A DNA stretch of 64,000 bases from Planctomycetota bacterium (GTDB lineage: Bacteria; Planctomycetota; UBA8108; SXIK01). Under the pieces are notes generated by a model. That model had not been told where the DNA came from. It worked only from the letters and a program-made list of their open reading frames with translations, and ran no database searches. Position 1 is the first letter of the stretch; each line of letters opens with the position of its first letter. Both the position numbers and the translations under genes were made by a program. Positions 28,225-37,522 of this stretch are shown piece after piece. The stretch covers positions 4,800,001 to 4,864,000 of the forward strand of contig CBDCXR010000004.1 of assembly GCA_965223845.1 (NCBI GenBank), written 5' to 3'.

Positions 28225-29613
28225 ATGAGACGTCGATCGCCAGGTAGAAGCGTGGCGTGTGCGTCGTTCTTCGTCGTGACCGTTTGTTCACTCGGCGGCG
28301 GCGACGCGGCGGGCAAAGGGAGATTTCCGGGAGTTGTCGCCGGACGCGTCGTCGACGCGAGCGGCCAGCCGATCGCGGGAGCCTACGTCGGAGCGGGAGA
28401 GTTCGGCGACTCCGGCGGCTCCAACTACGAGCGCCACCGCGCGAGCGGTCGCCACGCCTCGACGCGTTCGGGGGCGGACGGCGAGTTCGAGCTCCGCGGT
28501 CTCGCTATCCGGGGACGGGAGGAAGTCCCGCTCGTCCACCCCATCGTCGTTTCGCACCCGGACTTCGTCACGGCGCGAACGTCACTCGTCGCGGCGCGAG
28601 CGCCCGAGCGAGAGGAGATCCGGCTCACGCCAGCGGCGACGCTGCGCGTCCGTGCCGAAGGCGAGTTTCCGCCGGCGACGAACGTCGCTTGGCTCATCCG
28701 TCTCCGCGCGCTCGACGGTCACCGGTTCACGCCGCCGGGACGGGACCCGCACCTCTCGGCGTTTCGACGATCGACGTGGTCCCAGTGGCAGTCGACGCCG
28801 GTTGCCTCGTTCGGCAGTCTCCGGGCCGGCGAGTACGCGATCGACGTCCTGCGAGTCGCGCTCGGAGAAGCCGGCGAGCTCCCGGGGACGAGCGGAGGCG
28901 TTTGGATCGGATCGAGCGGCGTCCGCTTTCACGGCGCCACCACGGTGTCCGCCGCGGCGGGGGAGGCGAGCGAGGTCGCGATTCGGGCCGAGGACCACGG
29001 GACCGCACTCGACGTTCACCTACCGCGCATCGTGCGCGATGGTCGCGAGCTCGAGCTCCCGCAGATCATTCTTCTGAGTCGGCGCGCCGGGCTCGCGGTG
29101 TGGAGCGATGACCGGGTGCGATCGCCCGAGTCGGCGCGTCTCGGCCGACTCACCGCCGCCGCGCTCACTCACGGTCTCGCGGCGGCCAAGACGATCCGCT
29201 TCGAGAATCTTCCACCCGGGAAGTACGCGATCTTCGCCGGACCGATCGTGTCCCCGCGCGGCGTCGCCGTGGAGGTCGTCCGCCGCGCAACGAACAGCGT
29301 CGAGATTCCGTGGACGGATCCGATCGGCGAGTCGCGAGTGCGTCTCGGCGGCCTCGAACGCTCGCTCGAGCTCGGGGAAAACGCGGGGCGGGTGATCAGC
29401 GCGAGCGAGGTGATCGCGATCCTGAAGACGGTCCTCTCCCCGACGAAGATTTCGCTCGACGAGCGCCTCCGAAGCGCGACGATCGAGCTGCCGGAGGCGG
29501 ATTCGCTCGCTGCCTGGGCGATGTTCGAGTTCCTGCACGCCCGCTACGGGTGGCGGCTCGAGGAGCGCGGAGACGGAGCGCTCGTTCTTCTTCCGAGCGC
29601 CGCCAGCGGCTGA
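28225..29613 (+). CDS. Exported protein with carboxypeptidase-regulatory-like (transthyretin-fold) domain
   Basis: ATG at 28225 after GGAGG; GRVVDASGQPIAGAYV..SGADGEFELRGL; FENLPPGKY. Confidence 0.7.
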   Translation: MRRRSPGRSVACASFFVVTVCSLGGGDAAGKGRFPGVVAGRVVDASGQPIAGAYVGAGEFGDSGGSNYERHRASGRHASTRSGADGEFELRGLAIRGREEVPLVHPIVVSHPDFVTARTSLVAARAPEREEIRLTPAATLRVRAEGEFPPATNVAWLIRLRALDGHRFTPPGRDPHLSAFRRSTWSQWQSTPVASFGSLRAGEYAIDVLRVALGEAGELPGTSGGVWIGSSGVRFHGATTVSAAAGEASEVAIRAEDHGTALDVHLPRIVRDGRELELPQIILLSRRAGLAVWSDDRVRSPESARLGRLTAAALTHGLAAAKTIRFENLPPGKYAIFAGPIVSPRGVAVEVVRRATNSVEIPWTDPIGESRVRLGGLERSLELGENAGRVISASEVIAILKTVLSPTKISLDERLRSATIELPEADSLAAWAMFEFLHARYGWRLEERGDGALVLLPSAASG

Positions 29614-30036
29614 TCGGCACCCAGGCGAGGGGGACGCGGACGGGCGGTTCGGCCCGCGCCGGCGGAAGCGGGGTTTCCCATGAGAAATTCACGCGTGGCG
29701 ACCGGGTACAATTGAGTAGGATCAAGCGTCCGGCGCCGCGGCACCCGCCAATTCCGGGTAAAATCCCGCAGCGAGCCCGTGAGGCCCTCTCGACCTGGAT
29801 CCGTTCGAATCCCGAGTTTCCCCCGACGACCGCAGGAGCAAGGCCGCCGCGAGGCTCCGGGTCGCCGCAAGGACGTACCGTCGCCCTACTGGAGTCGCCG
29901 ACTCGACTCCTCGGACCCGTTCCCTTCGGACCGGATCGGCGAGACCGTGCACCTGGCGGCGCACGAATCGCCCGGGGGTAGGACGGGGCTCGACGGTCCG
30001 TCTCGGTTCTTTCCCTCTCGACCCCGAACTAGCCGA

Positions 30037-33000
30037 ATGAAGCCCCTCTCGACGACTCCGTATCGCACACTTCTGCTGACCGCGCTCCTCGCCTGCGGAT
30101 CGGTCGCGACGTTCGCCGCCGACTGGCCGATGTGGCGCGCCGACGCCGCCCGCACGGGGAATTCGACCGAGCAGCTCCCCGAGGAGCTCCATCTGCAATG
30201 GACGCTCACCCTCCCGCCGCCGCAGCCGGCGTGGCCGTCGAATCAGGACAAGCTTCAGTTCGATCGCCTGTACGAACCGATCATCGTCGGCGACACACTC
30301 ATCGTTCCGTCGATGCTGAGCGATCGCGTCACCGCCTACGATCTCGCCTCGGGCGAGGAGCGCTGGCGCTTCTACGCGGGAGGGCCGGTCCGATTCGCCC
30401 CCGCCGCTTGGGGCGAGAGCGTGTACTTCGTCTCGGACGACGGCTACCTCTACTGCGTCTCGGTAGCCGACGGTAGCCTCCGCTGGCGCTTTCGCGGCGG
30501 TCCCGAGGACCGCTACATCCTCGGCAACGATCGCCTCGTGAGCCTCTGGCCCGCGCGCGGCGGACCGGTCGTCCACGACGGGACCGTCTACTTCGGAGCC
30601 AGCATCTGGCCGTTTATGGGGATCTTCATCCACGCGCTCGATGCCGAGTCGGGTGCGGTGATCTGGACGAACAGCGGAAACGGCACCGACTACCTCACCC
30701 AGCAGCACAACAGCCCGGCCTTCTCGGGCGTGTCACCGCAGGGCTACATGGCGGTCCGCGGTGATCGACTCGTCATTTCCGGCGGCCGCACGATCCCGGC
30801 CGTCTACGATCGCCACACGGGCGAATTCCTCCACTTTAACGTCGCGAGTCGAAAGATGGGCTCGAAGGGCGGCGGCGGCTACGAGGTCGTCGTCGGCGAG
30901 AACTTCTATCTCAACCGCGGCTCGATGTACCGCCTCGACAACGGCAAGTTCGTCGTCGCGATGGACGCGCTCATCGTCTCGCCGAACGCGATCATCGGAA
31001 AGGACAAGGAAGGCGTAGCGGCGTACCGCCCGCGGTGGGAAGAGAAGGTCACGAAGGACCGAAAGGGAAAGGAAACGAAGTCGATCGTCGTCAAGAAGAT
31101 CTGGACGACCCCGGTCGACGAAGCTCTCGACGAGGTGTTCATCAAGAGCGGCACTCGCCTCTACGCAACGGGGAAGAACGGTGACATCGTCGCGCTCGAG
31201 CTACCGCAGCTCGACCGCGAGGCGGGCGTATCCTGGAGGACGAGCATCCCCGACAAGCCGCTCAATATGATCAGCGGCGGCGGTCGGCTCGTCGTGACGA
31301 CGGATCGCGGCCGGATCTATTGCTTCGGCGCGGAAGACCGCGACCTGGAGATTCCTCCACTCGAAACGGAAGTCTCGATCATCCCGCGCGAATCGATCTG
31401 GAGCTACTTCGACCGCGGCGCGGCGCCGGAGGGTTCGTGGACGAGCAAGGCTTACGACGACTCGAAGTGGGCGAAGGGACCCGCGCAGCTCGGCTACGGC
31501 GACGGGGACGAGGCCACCGAGGTCTCGTTCGGAGAGAACGAAAAACAAAAGCATCCGACGACCTATTTTCGCCATCGCTTCGAAGTTCCGGCGGGGGTCG
31601 AGGTGAAGAGCGTGGAGCTGAGGGCGCTCGTCGATGATGGCGCGGTGTTCTATTTCGATGGCGCCGCGATCGGTCGACTTCGACTCCCGGAAAAGGATGT
31701 GAAGTACTCGACGTTCGCCGAGAAAGACTCGGGAGACGAAAAGAAGTTCGAATCTGTGCCACTCGACGCGGCGCTGCTGACCCCGGGCGTCCACTGTATC
31801 GCGGTGGAGGTCCACCAGTCGAAAGCCGCGAGCTCGGACCTCAGCTTCGCGCTCGAGCTCAAGGCGAAGGCGGTGCTACCCGCATCGAAGCCGGCAAAAC
31901 CGCCGAAGGACGAGTGGTCGCTCGCCGCGGGCCGCATCATCCGCCAATCGGGACGCCGCGAAGGGTACGCGGTCGTCCTCGGACTCGACTCGCCGCGGCT
32001 CGCGGAGGAGCTCGCTCTCCAGTCGCGACTCCACGTCGTCGTGATCGACAGCGACGCCGAAGCGATCGCGGCGCTCCGGCGGCGGCTCGACGAGCTCGGA
32101 CTCTACGGCTCGCGCGTCGCCGCGATCGTCCACGACCCGCGCACCGTTCAGCTTCCGGCATACATGGCGGATCTCATCGTGCTCAGGCGGTCCGAATCGA
32201 TGGGCGTTTTCGAGGACGTCGAAGCGCTCCGCCGTCTCTACGAGACTCTGCGGCCGTACTCGGGCGCGTTGGTCGTTCCGTCGAGCCGAACGCAGCACAA
32301 CATCCTCACGCAACTCGTCGGCAAGGCGGCGCTGGCCGGAGCGACCGAAGAACGCGCGGGGCGCCTTTCGATCTTGCGGCGTACTCGCCCCGCCGACGGT
32401 GCGGCGGACTGGACGCATCAGTACGGAAGCGCGGCGAACACCGTCGCCTCCGACGACAGCCTCGTGCGGCTACCGCTCGGTGTCCTCTGGTTCGGCGGGC
32501 CCTCGAACGCGCCGATCCTCCCGCGCCACGGGCACGGTCCGGCCCCGCAGGTCGTCGGCGGACGAGTTTTCATCGAAGGTCGCGACATCCTCCGTGCGGT
32601 GGACATGTACACGGGGCGACTTCTTTGGGAGCGAACGCTCAAGGATGTCGGAAAGAACTACGACTATACCTCCCACGAGCCCGGAGCGAACGCACTCGGA
32701 AGCAACTACGTCTCCCTTGCCGACGGTGTCTACATCGTCCACGCCGACAAGTGCCTCCGGCTCGATCCAGCGACGGGCGAAACGATGCTCACGCTCGCGC
32801 TTCCCGCCGAGCAGCCGGACGATTTCGACTTCGAGATCCCGCCGCGATGGGGCTATCTCGGCGCGTGGAACAACGTCCTAGTCGCCGGCGCGAAGCCGAC
32901 GGATTTCAACTCGCCGGATTTCGAGAGCGGCGACTTTTCGGGTCTCAAGGATGACCCTCTCAAGAAGGCCGTCGCGCGCGTCCGAGGCCTCATCGACTTC

Positions 33001-35325
33001 ACGCCGATTCCGATGGACGGTGACGAGAAGAAGCAGGAAGTCCAGCGCAAGTACGTCTTCGAGAACATGAACAAGCTCCTTCGCGAAGCCGACATGGTCG
33101 CGAAGATCCCGCTCCGCACGCGGTACCGCGTCGACGGCGAAAAGCTCGAGAAAGAGCTCGCCGACTACCTCGGGGATGAACCCGAGAAACGCTCCTCACG
33201 GCAGAAGGCTCTCGTCCTCAAGCGAAAGCTCCTCCACCTCTACTACGGCGGGGCGAAGTACGAAGAGAAACCCGCCGGCAAGTTCGACAGTCTCCGGGGC
33301 GTCGGCAGCAAATCGCTCGTCGCGTTCGACCGGCATACGGGGCGAACGCTCTGGGATCACGAGGCCCGATACCAAATGCGACACAACGCGATCGCCCTCG
33401 GCGGCGGGAGCGTGTTTTACGTCGATCGGCTCTCCGACGAGCGCGCGTCCTTCCTCAAGAGACGCGGACTGCCCGTAGACGAAGAAGCGACGGTCGGGGC
33501 CATCGACATTCGGAGCGGGGACGTCGTCTGGACGAAGAAGGAGCGCGTCTTCGGGACGTGGCTCGGCTACTCCGAAGAGCACGATGTCTTGATCCAAGCG
33601 GGAAGTAAATTCCGCGATCGCTCGAACGACGAAGTCGGGAAGGGGATCGTCGCCTACCGCGGCGCGACGGGCGACGTGATCTGGCAGTCCGACGACGAAT
33701 ACGGCGGGCCGTGCGTCATTCTCGGCGATCAGCTCTTCACTCAGGGCGACAAGGACAAGCCGGGATTCATGATCGGTCTCCTCACCGGAAAGCGAACGCA
33801 GCGTCCGCATCCGCTCACCGGGCGGGACGTCGCGTGGGGGTACACGCGAAACTACGGCTGCAACACCGCGATCGGCTCGCCGAATCTCCTCACCTTCCGC
33901 TCGGCGGCGGCGGGTTTCTACGATCTCTTAAATGACGGCGGAACCGGCAACCTCGGCGGGTTTCGGTCGGGCTGCACGTCGAACCTGATCCCCGCCGGGG
34001 GGATCTTGAACGCGCCCGACTACACGCGAACGTGCACCTGCTCCTACCAGAACCAAGCCTCGCTCGCTCTCATCCACATGCCGGACGTCGAAATGTGGAC
34101 GTTCAACGCGTATCCCAAAGATGCGCACACGATCGAACGCGTCGGCCTCAACTTCGGCGCGCCCGGGGACCGACGCGGGCCGGACGGAACGCTTTGGATC
34201 GACTATCCGAGCGTCGGCGGCACGTCGCCCGACATCTCGGTCGAAGTTCTGGGCGAGAAGCCGCGGTACTCACGACACCACTCGAGCCGCCTGCGGACGC
34301 GCGAGCTCAGTTGGGTCGGTGCGTCGGCGATCGAGACTGAAGGCGAGATCGCGATCAAGGTGAACTCGCCCGACGAGCTGATCGTCCCCGACGAGCTCGC
34401 GCGCGGCCCCGCGATCGTCGCGAAGCGCGCGAGCGTCTGGCTCGATGTTCCGGGCGGGGCCGTGCCGAAGACCGGACAGCCGAATGAACGCAGCCTCCGC
34501 AAAGCGAACGTCGCCGGCAAGCTCGAGGCAAGTCTACCCGGGCACGAGAGCCTCGCGGTCGCGAGCGTGACCGTCGAGATGTGGGGACGCGCCGACAGTG
34601 ACTTCGACTTCGTCGACGCGCGAGTGAGCGACGAAAAGAAAAAGCACGGTTTCGTTGTCGACAACCGCGAGCTGCGTGCGCGCTACTACGTTCGCAACGA
34701 GGCCGGAGACGGCGCTGAGAACGTCGTCGAGATCAAATCGAAGGAGAAGATTCCGGACAACAAGTGGGTGCACATCGCGTTCACCTACGACGACGGCACG
34801 GGGGTCGGCACGCTGTGGCTGAACGGCAAGGACGTCGGACGCCACGACGGTCCCGACCGTCGGCCGCTGTGGTGGGCGAAGAGCGCTCCGAGCTACGCCA
34901 TCGGAAAGGACGCCGAGAAAAGCGGCTGCGCGATCGACGAGCTTCGCATCTCATCGGTGGCGCTCGCGCCGAACGAATTTCTCCTCTCATCGGATCCGGT
35001 GGCCGAGGGAGTCGGGGGAGCCGACGCCACGGTCGGGTACTGGCGAATGACGCCCGAGCCGAAGAGCGAAGCGAAGTACACCGTCCGCCTCGTGTTCGCC
35101 GAAATCGCCGACGTCGCCGTTGGCGAGCGGGTGTTCGACGTCTGGATCCAAGGCGAGAAGCGGCTCGAAGAGTTCGACGTCACCGCCGAATCGGGCGGCA
35201 CGTGGCGAACCGTCGTTCGCGAGTGGACGGGCATCGGCGTCGACGACTACCTGCGGATCCGGCTCGCCGCCTCCGGTAGCGGCGAGCTCCTGCCGCTCCT
35301 CAGCGGTGTTCAGGTGACGCGGTAG
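30037..35325 (+). CDS. Giant secreted PQQ-like beta-propeller protein with beta-sandwich, methyltransferase-like, LamG and malectin modules
   Basis: Signal then ADWPMWRADAARTG; repeated D..SG...W blades; GPAQLGYGDGDE/DDGAVFY domain; WTHQYG; RNYGCN; WVHIAFTYD..IDELRIS (LamG); YTVRLVFAE..GERVFDVWIQG (malectin). Confidence 0.9.
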   Translation: MKPLSTTPYRTLLLTALLACGSVATFAADWPMWRADAARTGNSTEQLPEELHLQWTLTLPPPQPAWPSNQDKLQFDRLYEPIIVGDTLIVPSMLSDRVTAYDLASGEERWRFYAGGPVRFAPAAWGESVYFVSDDGYLYCVSVADGSLRWRFRGGPEDRYILGNDRLVSLWPARGGPVVHDGTVYFGASIWPFMGIFIHALDAESGAVIWTNSGNGTDYLTQQHNSPAFSGVSPQGYMAVRGDRLVISGGRTIPAVYDRHTGEFLHFNVASRKMGSKGGGGYEVVVGENFYLNRGSMYRLDNGKFVVAMDALIVSPNAIIGKDKEGVAAYRPRWEEKVTKDRKGKETKSIVVKKIWTTPVDEALDEVFIKSGTRLYATGKNGDIVALELPQLDREAGVSWRTSIPDKPLNMISGGGRLVVTTDRGRIYCFGAEDRDLEIPPLETEVSIIPRESIWSYFDRGAAPEGSWTSKAYDDSKWAKGPAQLGYGDGDEATEVSFGENEKQKHPTTYFRHRFEVPAGVEVKSVELRALVDDGAVFYFDGAAIGRLRLPEKDVKYSTFAEKDSGDEKKFESVPLDAALLTPGVHCIAVEVHQSKAASSDLSFALELKAKAVLPASKPAKPPKDEWSLAAGRIIRQSGRREGYAVVLGLDSPRLAEELALQSRLHVVVIDSDAEAIAALRRRLDELGLYGSRVAAIVHDPRTVQLPAYMADLIVLRRSESMGVFEDVEALRRLYETLRPYSGALVVPSSRTQHNILTQLVGKAALAGATEERAGRLSILRRTRPADGAADWTHQYGSAANTVASDDSLVRLPLGVLWFGGPSNAPILPRHGHGPAPQVVGGRVFIEGRDILRAVDMYTGRLLWERTLKDVGKNYDYTSHEPGANALGSNYVSLADGVYIVHADKCLRLDPATGETMLTLALPAEQPDDFDFEIPPRWGYLGAWNNVLVAGAKPTDFNSPDFESGDFSGLKDDPLKKAVARVRGLIDFTPIPMDGDEKKQEVQRKYVFENMNKLLREADMVAKIPLRTRYRVDGEKLEKELADYLGDEPEKRSSRQKALVLKRKLLHLYYGGAKYEEKPAGKFDSLRGVGSKSLVAFDRHTGRTLWDHEARYQMRHNAIALGGGSVFYVDRLSDERASFLKRRGLPVDEEATVGAIDIRSGDVVWTKKERVFGTWLGYSEEHDVLIQAGSKFRDRSNDEVGKGIVAYRGATGDVIWQSDDEYGGPCVILGDQLFTQGDKDKPGFMIGLLTGKRTQRPHPLTGRDVAWGYTRNYGCNTAIGSPNLLTFRSAAAGFYDLLNDGGTGNLGGFRSGCTSNLIPAGGILNAPDYTRTCTCSYQNQASLALIHMPDVEMWTFNAYPKDAHTIERVGLNFGAPGDRRGPDGTLWIDYPSVGGTSPDISVEVLGEKPRYSRHHSSRLRTRELSWVGASAIETEGEIAIKVNSPDELIVPDELARGPAIVAKRASVWLDVPGGAVPKTGQPNERSLRKANVAGKLEASLPGHESLAVASVTVEMWGRADSDFDFVDARVSDEKKKHGFVVDNRELRARYYVRNEAGDGAENVVEIKSKEKIPDNKWVHIAFTYDDGTGVGTLWLNGKDVGRHDGPDRRPLWWAKSAPSYAIGKDAEKSGCAIDELRISSVALAPNEFLLSSDPVAEGVGGADATVGYWRMTPEPKSEAKYTVRLVFAEIADVAVGERVFDVWIQGEKRLEEFDVTAESGGTWRTVVREWTGIGVDDYLRIRLAASGSGELLPLLSGVQVTR

Positions 35326-35418
35326 CTGAACAAAAGCGCGCTTCCTCTCTAGTGAGACTTCAACGAGGCGCCTTGGTCGAGCCTTGCGACGGCAGAAGCC
35401 CGGGGGACGAAACCGCCG

Positions 35419-37023
35419 TCAGGGCACCCCGCGGCCGCGCATGCGGATCGCGACGCTGCCGGCGTTTGTCGAAATCAGTGAGGTGGCCTCGAACACGCCG
35501 GTCCGGGTCGGGTTGAACCGGTAGGTGAACTCGCAGTTCGCTCCGGGCGCGACGCCGCCAGCGCAGTTCTGCAACGCGCTGAAGTAGGGGCCGTTCGGTG
35601 CGCCTCCGGCGAAGTTCGCGAGCGTGGCGAGCCCGGTGTTCGCGATGCGCACGCTCTGGGCGGCGCTCGTCTCCCCAACGGGCACCGGGCCGAAGTCGAG
35701 TGCGAGCGGAGTCGCCCATACGCCGGCACCGATGCCCGTCCCGCGCAGCTCGATGGTGAAACGTCCCGCGTTCGTGCTGACGGTCGACGTCGCGATGGCC
35801 TCGCCGACCCGGGTTGGAGCGAAGCGGTAAAAGAACTGGCAGCTCCCGCGGACGGGGACACCGCCGGCGCAGCTTTGCGTGGCGCTAAATTGATTTCCCG
35901 TCGGCCCGCCGCCGGCGAAGTCCGTGAGGAGTTCGAAGCCGGTGTTGCGGACGGTCACGACTTGAGGCGCGCTCGTAAAGCCGACCCCGATCGGGCCGAA
36001 GTCGAGGACAAGCGGCGAAACGGACTGGCTCACGATCGCTCCGCGGTTCGAGCTGAAGCCCCGCATCGCGATCTCGAATGGTCCCGCGTTCGTACTCGAC
36101 GACGATACGGTCTCGTAGGTTCCCCGAGCGTCCGGCTCGAACGTAAACGTGTACTGGCAGCTTGCCCCCGGAGGAACGCCGCCAGCGCAGTTCTGCGATC
36201 CTTGAAACTGCGTGTCCGGAGGCACCCCACCCGCGAAGTTCGTCAACGTTGAGAGTCCGGTGTTGCGGATGGTGATCGTGTGGGACGAGCTCTTCTGGCC
36301 GACCGAGACGTTTCCGAAGTCGATGGAGAGGGGGCTCACCGAGAGCGAGGGTCCGACGCCGGTCCCGCGCATCCGGATCCCGAAGGGACCCATGTTGGTC
36401 GACGAGAGCGAGATCGTCTCGAACTCACCGACGGCGGCCGGTGTGAACGTGAAGGTGTACTGGCAGGATCCACCCGGAGGAACACCGCCGGCGCAGTTCT
36501 GCGATCCTTGAAATTGAACGTCCGGAGGCGCCCCACCGGCGAAGTTGTTCAGGGTGCGGTTGCTCCGGTTCGTGATCTGGATCGACTGGGGCGGGCTCGT
36601 CACGCCGATCCCGACCGGACCGAAGTCGATCTCGAGCGGCGTCACGCGCACGCTGGGTGGTGGATCGGGGAGACAGTGCGCGTAGGCGGCGCAGTCGAGC
36701 GCGTCGCCCGTCGGGTCGGTGCCGCAAGCGGGAAACGGTGCCGGGGGCGGTTGGAGTCCGACGAAGAGCGCGTTCAGGATGCGCAGGCCGTCGGAGATGT
36801 CCGTTTCCCCGTCGTCGTTGGCGTCCGCCGCATCGAGACACCGAAACGAGCCGATGTTCTGAAAGAGGAAGGTGAACACGTTTACCGCGTCTGCGATGTT
36901 GACCTCGCCGTCGGTGTTCGTGTCGCCTCGGATGAACTGTGTCTGCGCGGTAAGCGGTGTGAGCGCGAGCAGCGTGATGCTCGCACCGATCGTCCGCGCA
37001 GCGATCGCCCTTCGTACTCGCAT
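35419..37023 (-). CDS. Secreted protein with N-terminal dockerin-like domain and four ASH/choice-of-anchor-D-like Ig repeats
   Basis: ATG at 37023 after GGAGG; FIRGDTNTDGEVNIAD..AADANDDGETDISD; four ~102-aa repeats P..DFG...S....I/V.N...FAGG.P..F..Q.CAGGV...C...F.P. Confidence 0.88.
   Translation of the reverse strand: MRVRRAIAARTIGASITLLALTPLTAQTQFIRGDTNTDGEVNIADAVNVFTFLFQNIGSFRCLDAADANDDGETDISDGLRILNALFVGLQPPPAPFPACGTDPTGDALDCAAYAHCLPDPPPSVRVTPLEIDFGPVGIGVTSPPQSIQITNRSNRTLNNFAGGAPPDVQFQGSQNCAGGVPPGGSCQYTFTFTPAAVGEFETISLSSTNMGPFGIRMRGTGVGPSLSVSPLSIDFGNVSVGQKSSSHTITIRNTGLSTLTNFAGGVPPDTQFQGSQNCAGGVPPGASCQYTFTFEPDARGTYETVSSSSTNAGPFEIAMRGFSSNRGAIVSQSVSPLVLDFGPIGVGFTSAPQVVTVRNTGFELLTDFAGGGPTGNQFSATQSCAGGVPVRGSCQFFYRFAPTRVGEAIATSTVSTNAGRFTIELRGTGIGAGVWATPLALDFGPVPVGETSAAQSVRIANTGLATLANFAGGAPNGPYFSALQNCAGGVAPGANCEFTYRFNPTRTGVFEATSLISTNAGSVAIRMRGRGVP
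35430..36655 (-). repeat. Four intragenic tandem ~306-bp repeats encoding the Ig-like domains
   Basis: GCGCAGTTCTGCGATCCTTGAAA is shared near 36186 and 36491; QNCAGGV or QSCAGGV occurs four times in the translation. Confidence 0.85.
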
Positions 37024-37496
37024 ATCCGACCCTCCTCTGCCGCCACGACGCGGCACGGGCGCACTCTCGCCACCGCTGTACCTTTCGATCCTCATTAGAG
37101 TATCGAGACGTTCGCAGGAGGAGTCCAGCGACACGAGTACGGAGTTCGTGCATTGTACGCACGGAAGCTGAGCGCCGCTCAGACGAGCGTCGTCTTCTCC
37201 GGCATCGCGAATTCTTCGGTGGGGATATCGGGCAGGATCGAGCGCCGAGGATATTCGTACCGAGAAGAACTTCCTCCCGTTCGGCCAGATTGGATGCCGT
37301 CTCGGTGTCGGCAACGACCGTTCCGATCGCGGACGCGGGATTGGCTGCTTCGGGTTGCGGGCCTCCGATGCAGGCTCCAAGCTACGGATGCCCGACCCTC
37401 CGAGCGAACCCCGCCGTCCACATGTCCGTTCGCCGAGGCGTCGCTCAAGAAACGGTGAATGCCTTCTCCGGTGGCGAACTCGCCAATCGTCACTCG

Positions 37497-37522
37497 CCCT
37501 CGAAAGGAGGGTATCCTCCGTG
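37497..37522 (+). promoter_or_regulatory. Shine-Dalgarno sequestered in hairpins before the transposase GTG
   Basis: GGAGG(37506-10)-GTAT-CCTCC(37515-19) immediately before GTG; alternative stem CCCTC-GAAAG-GAGGG (37497-37511). Confidence 0.6.
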
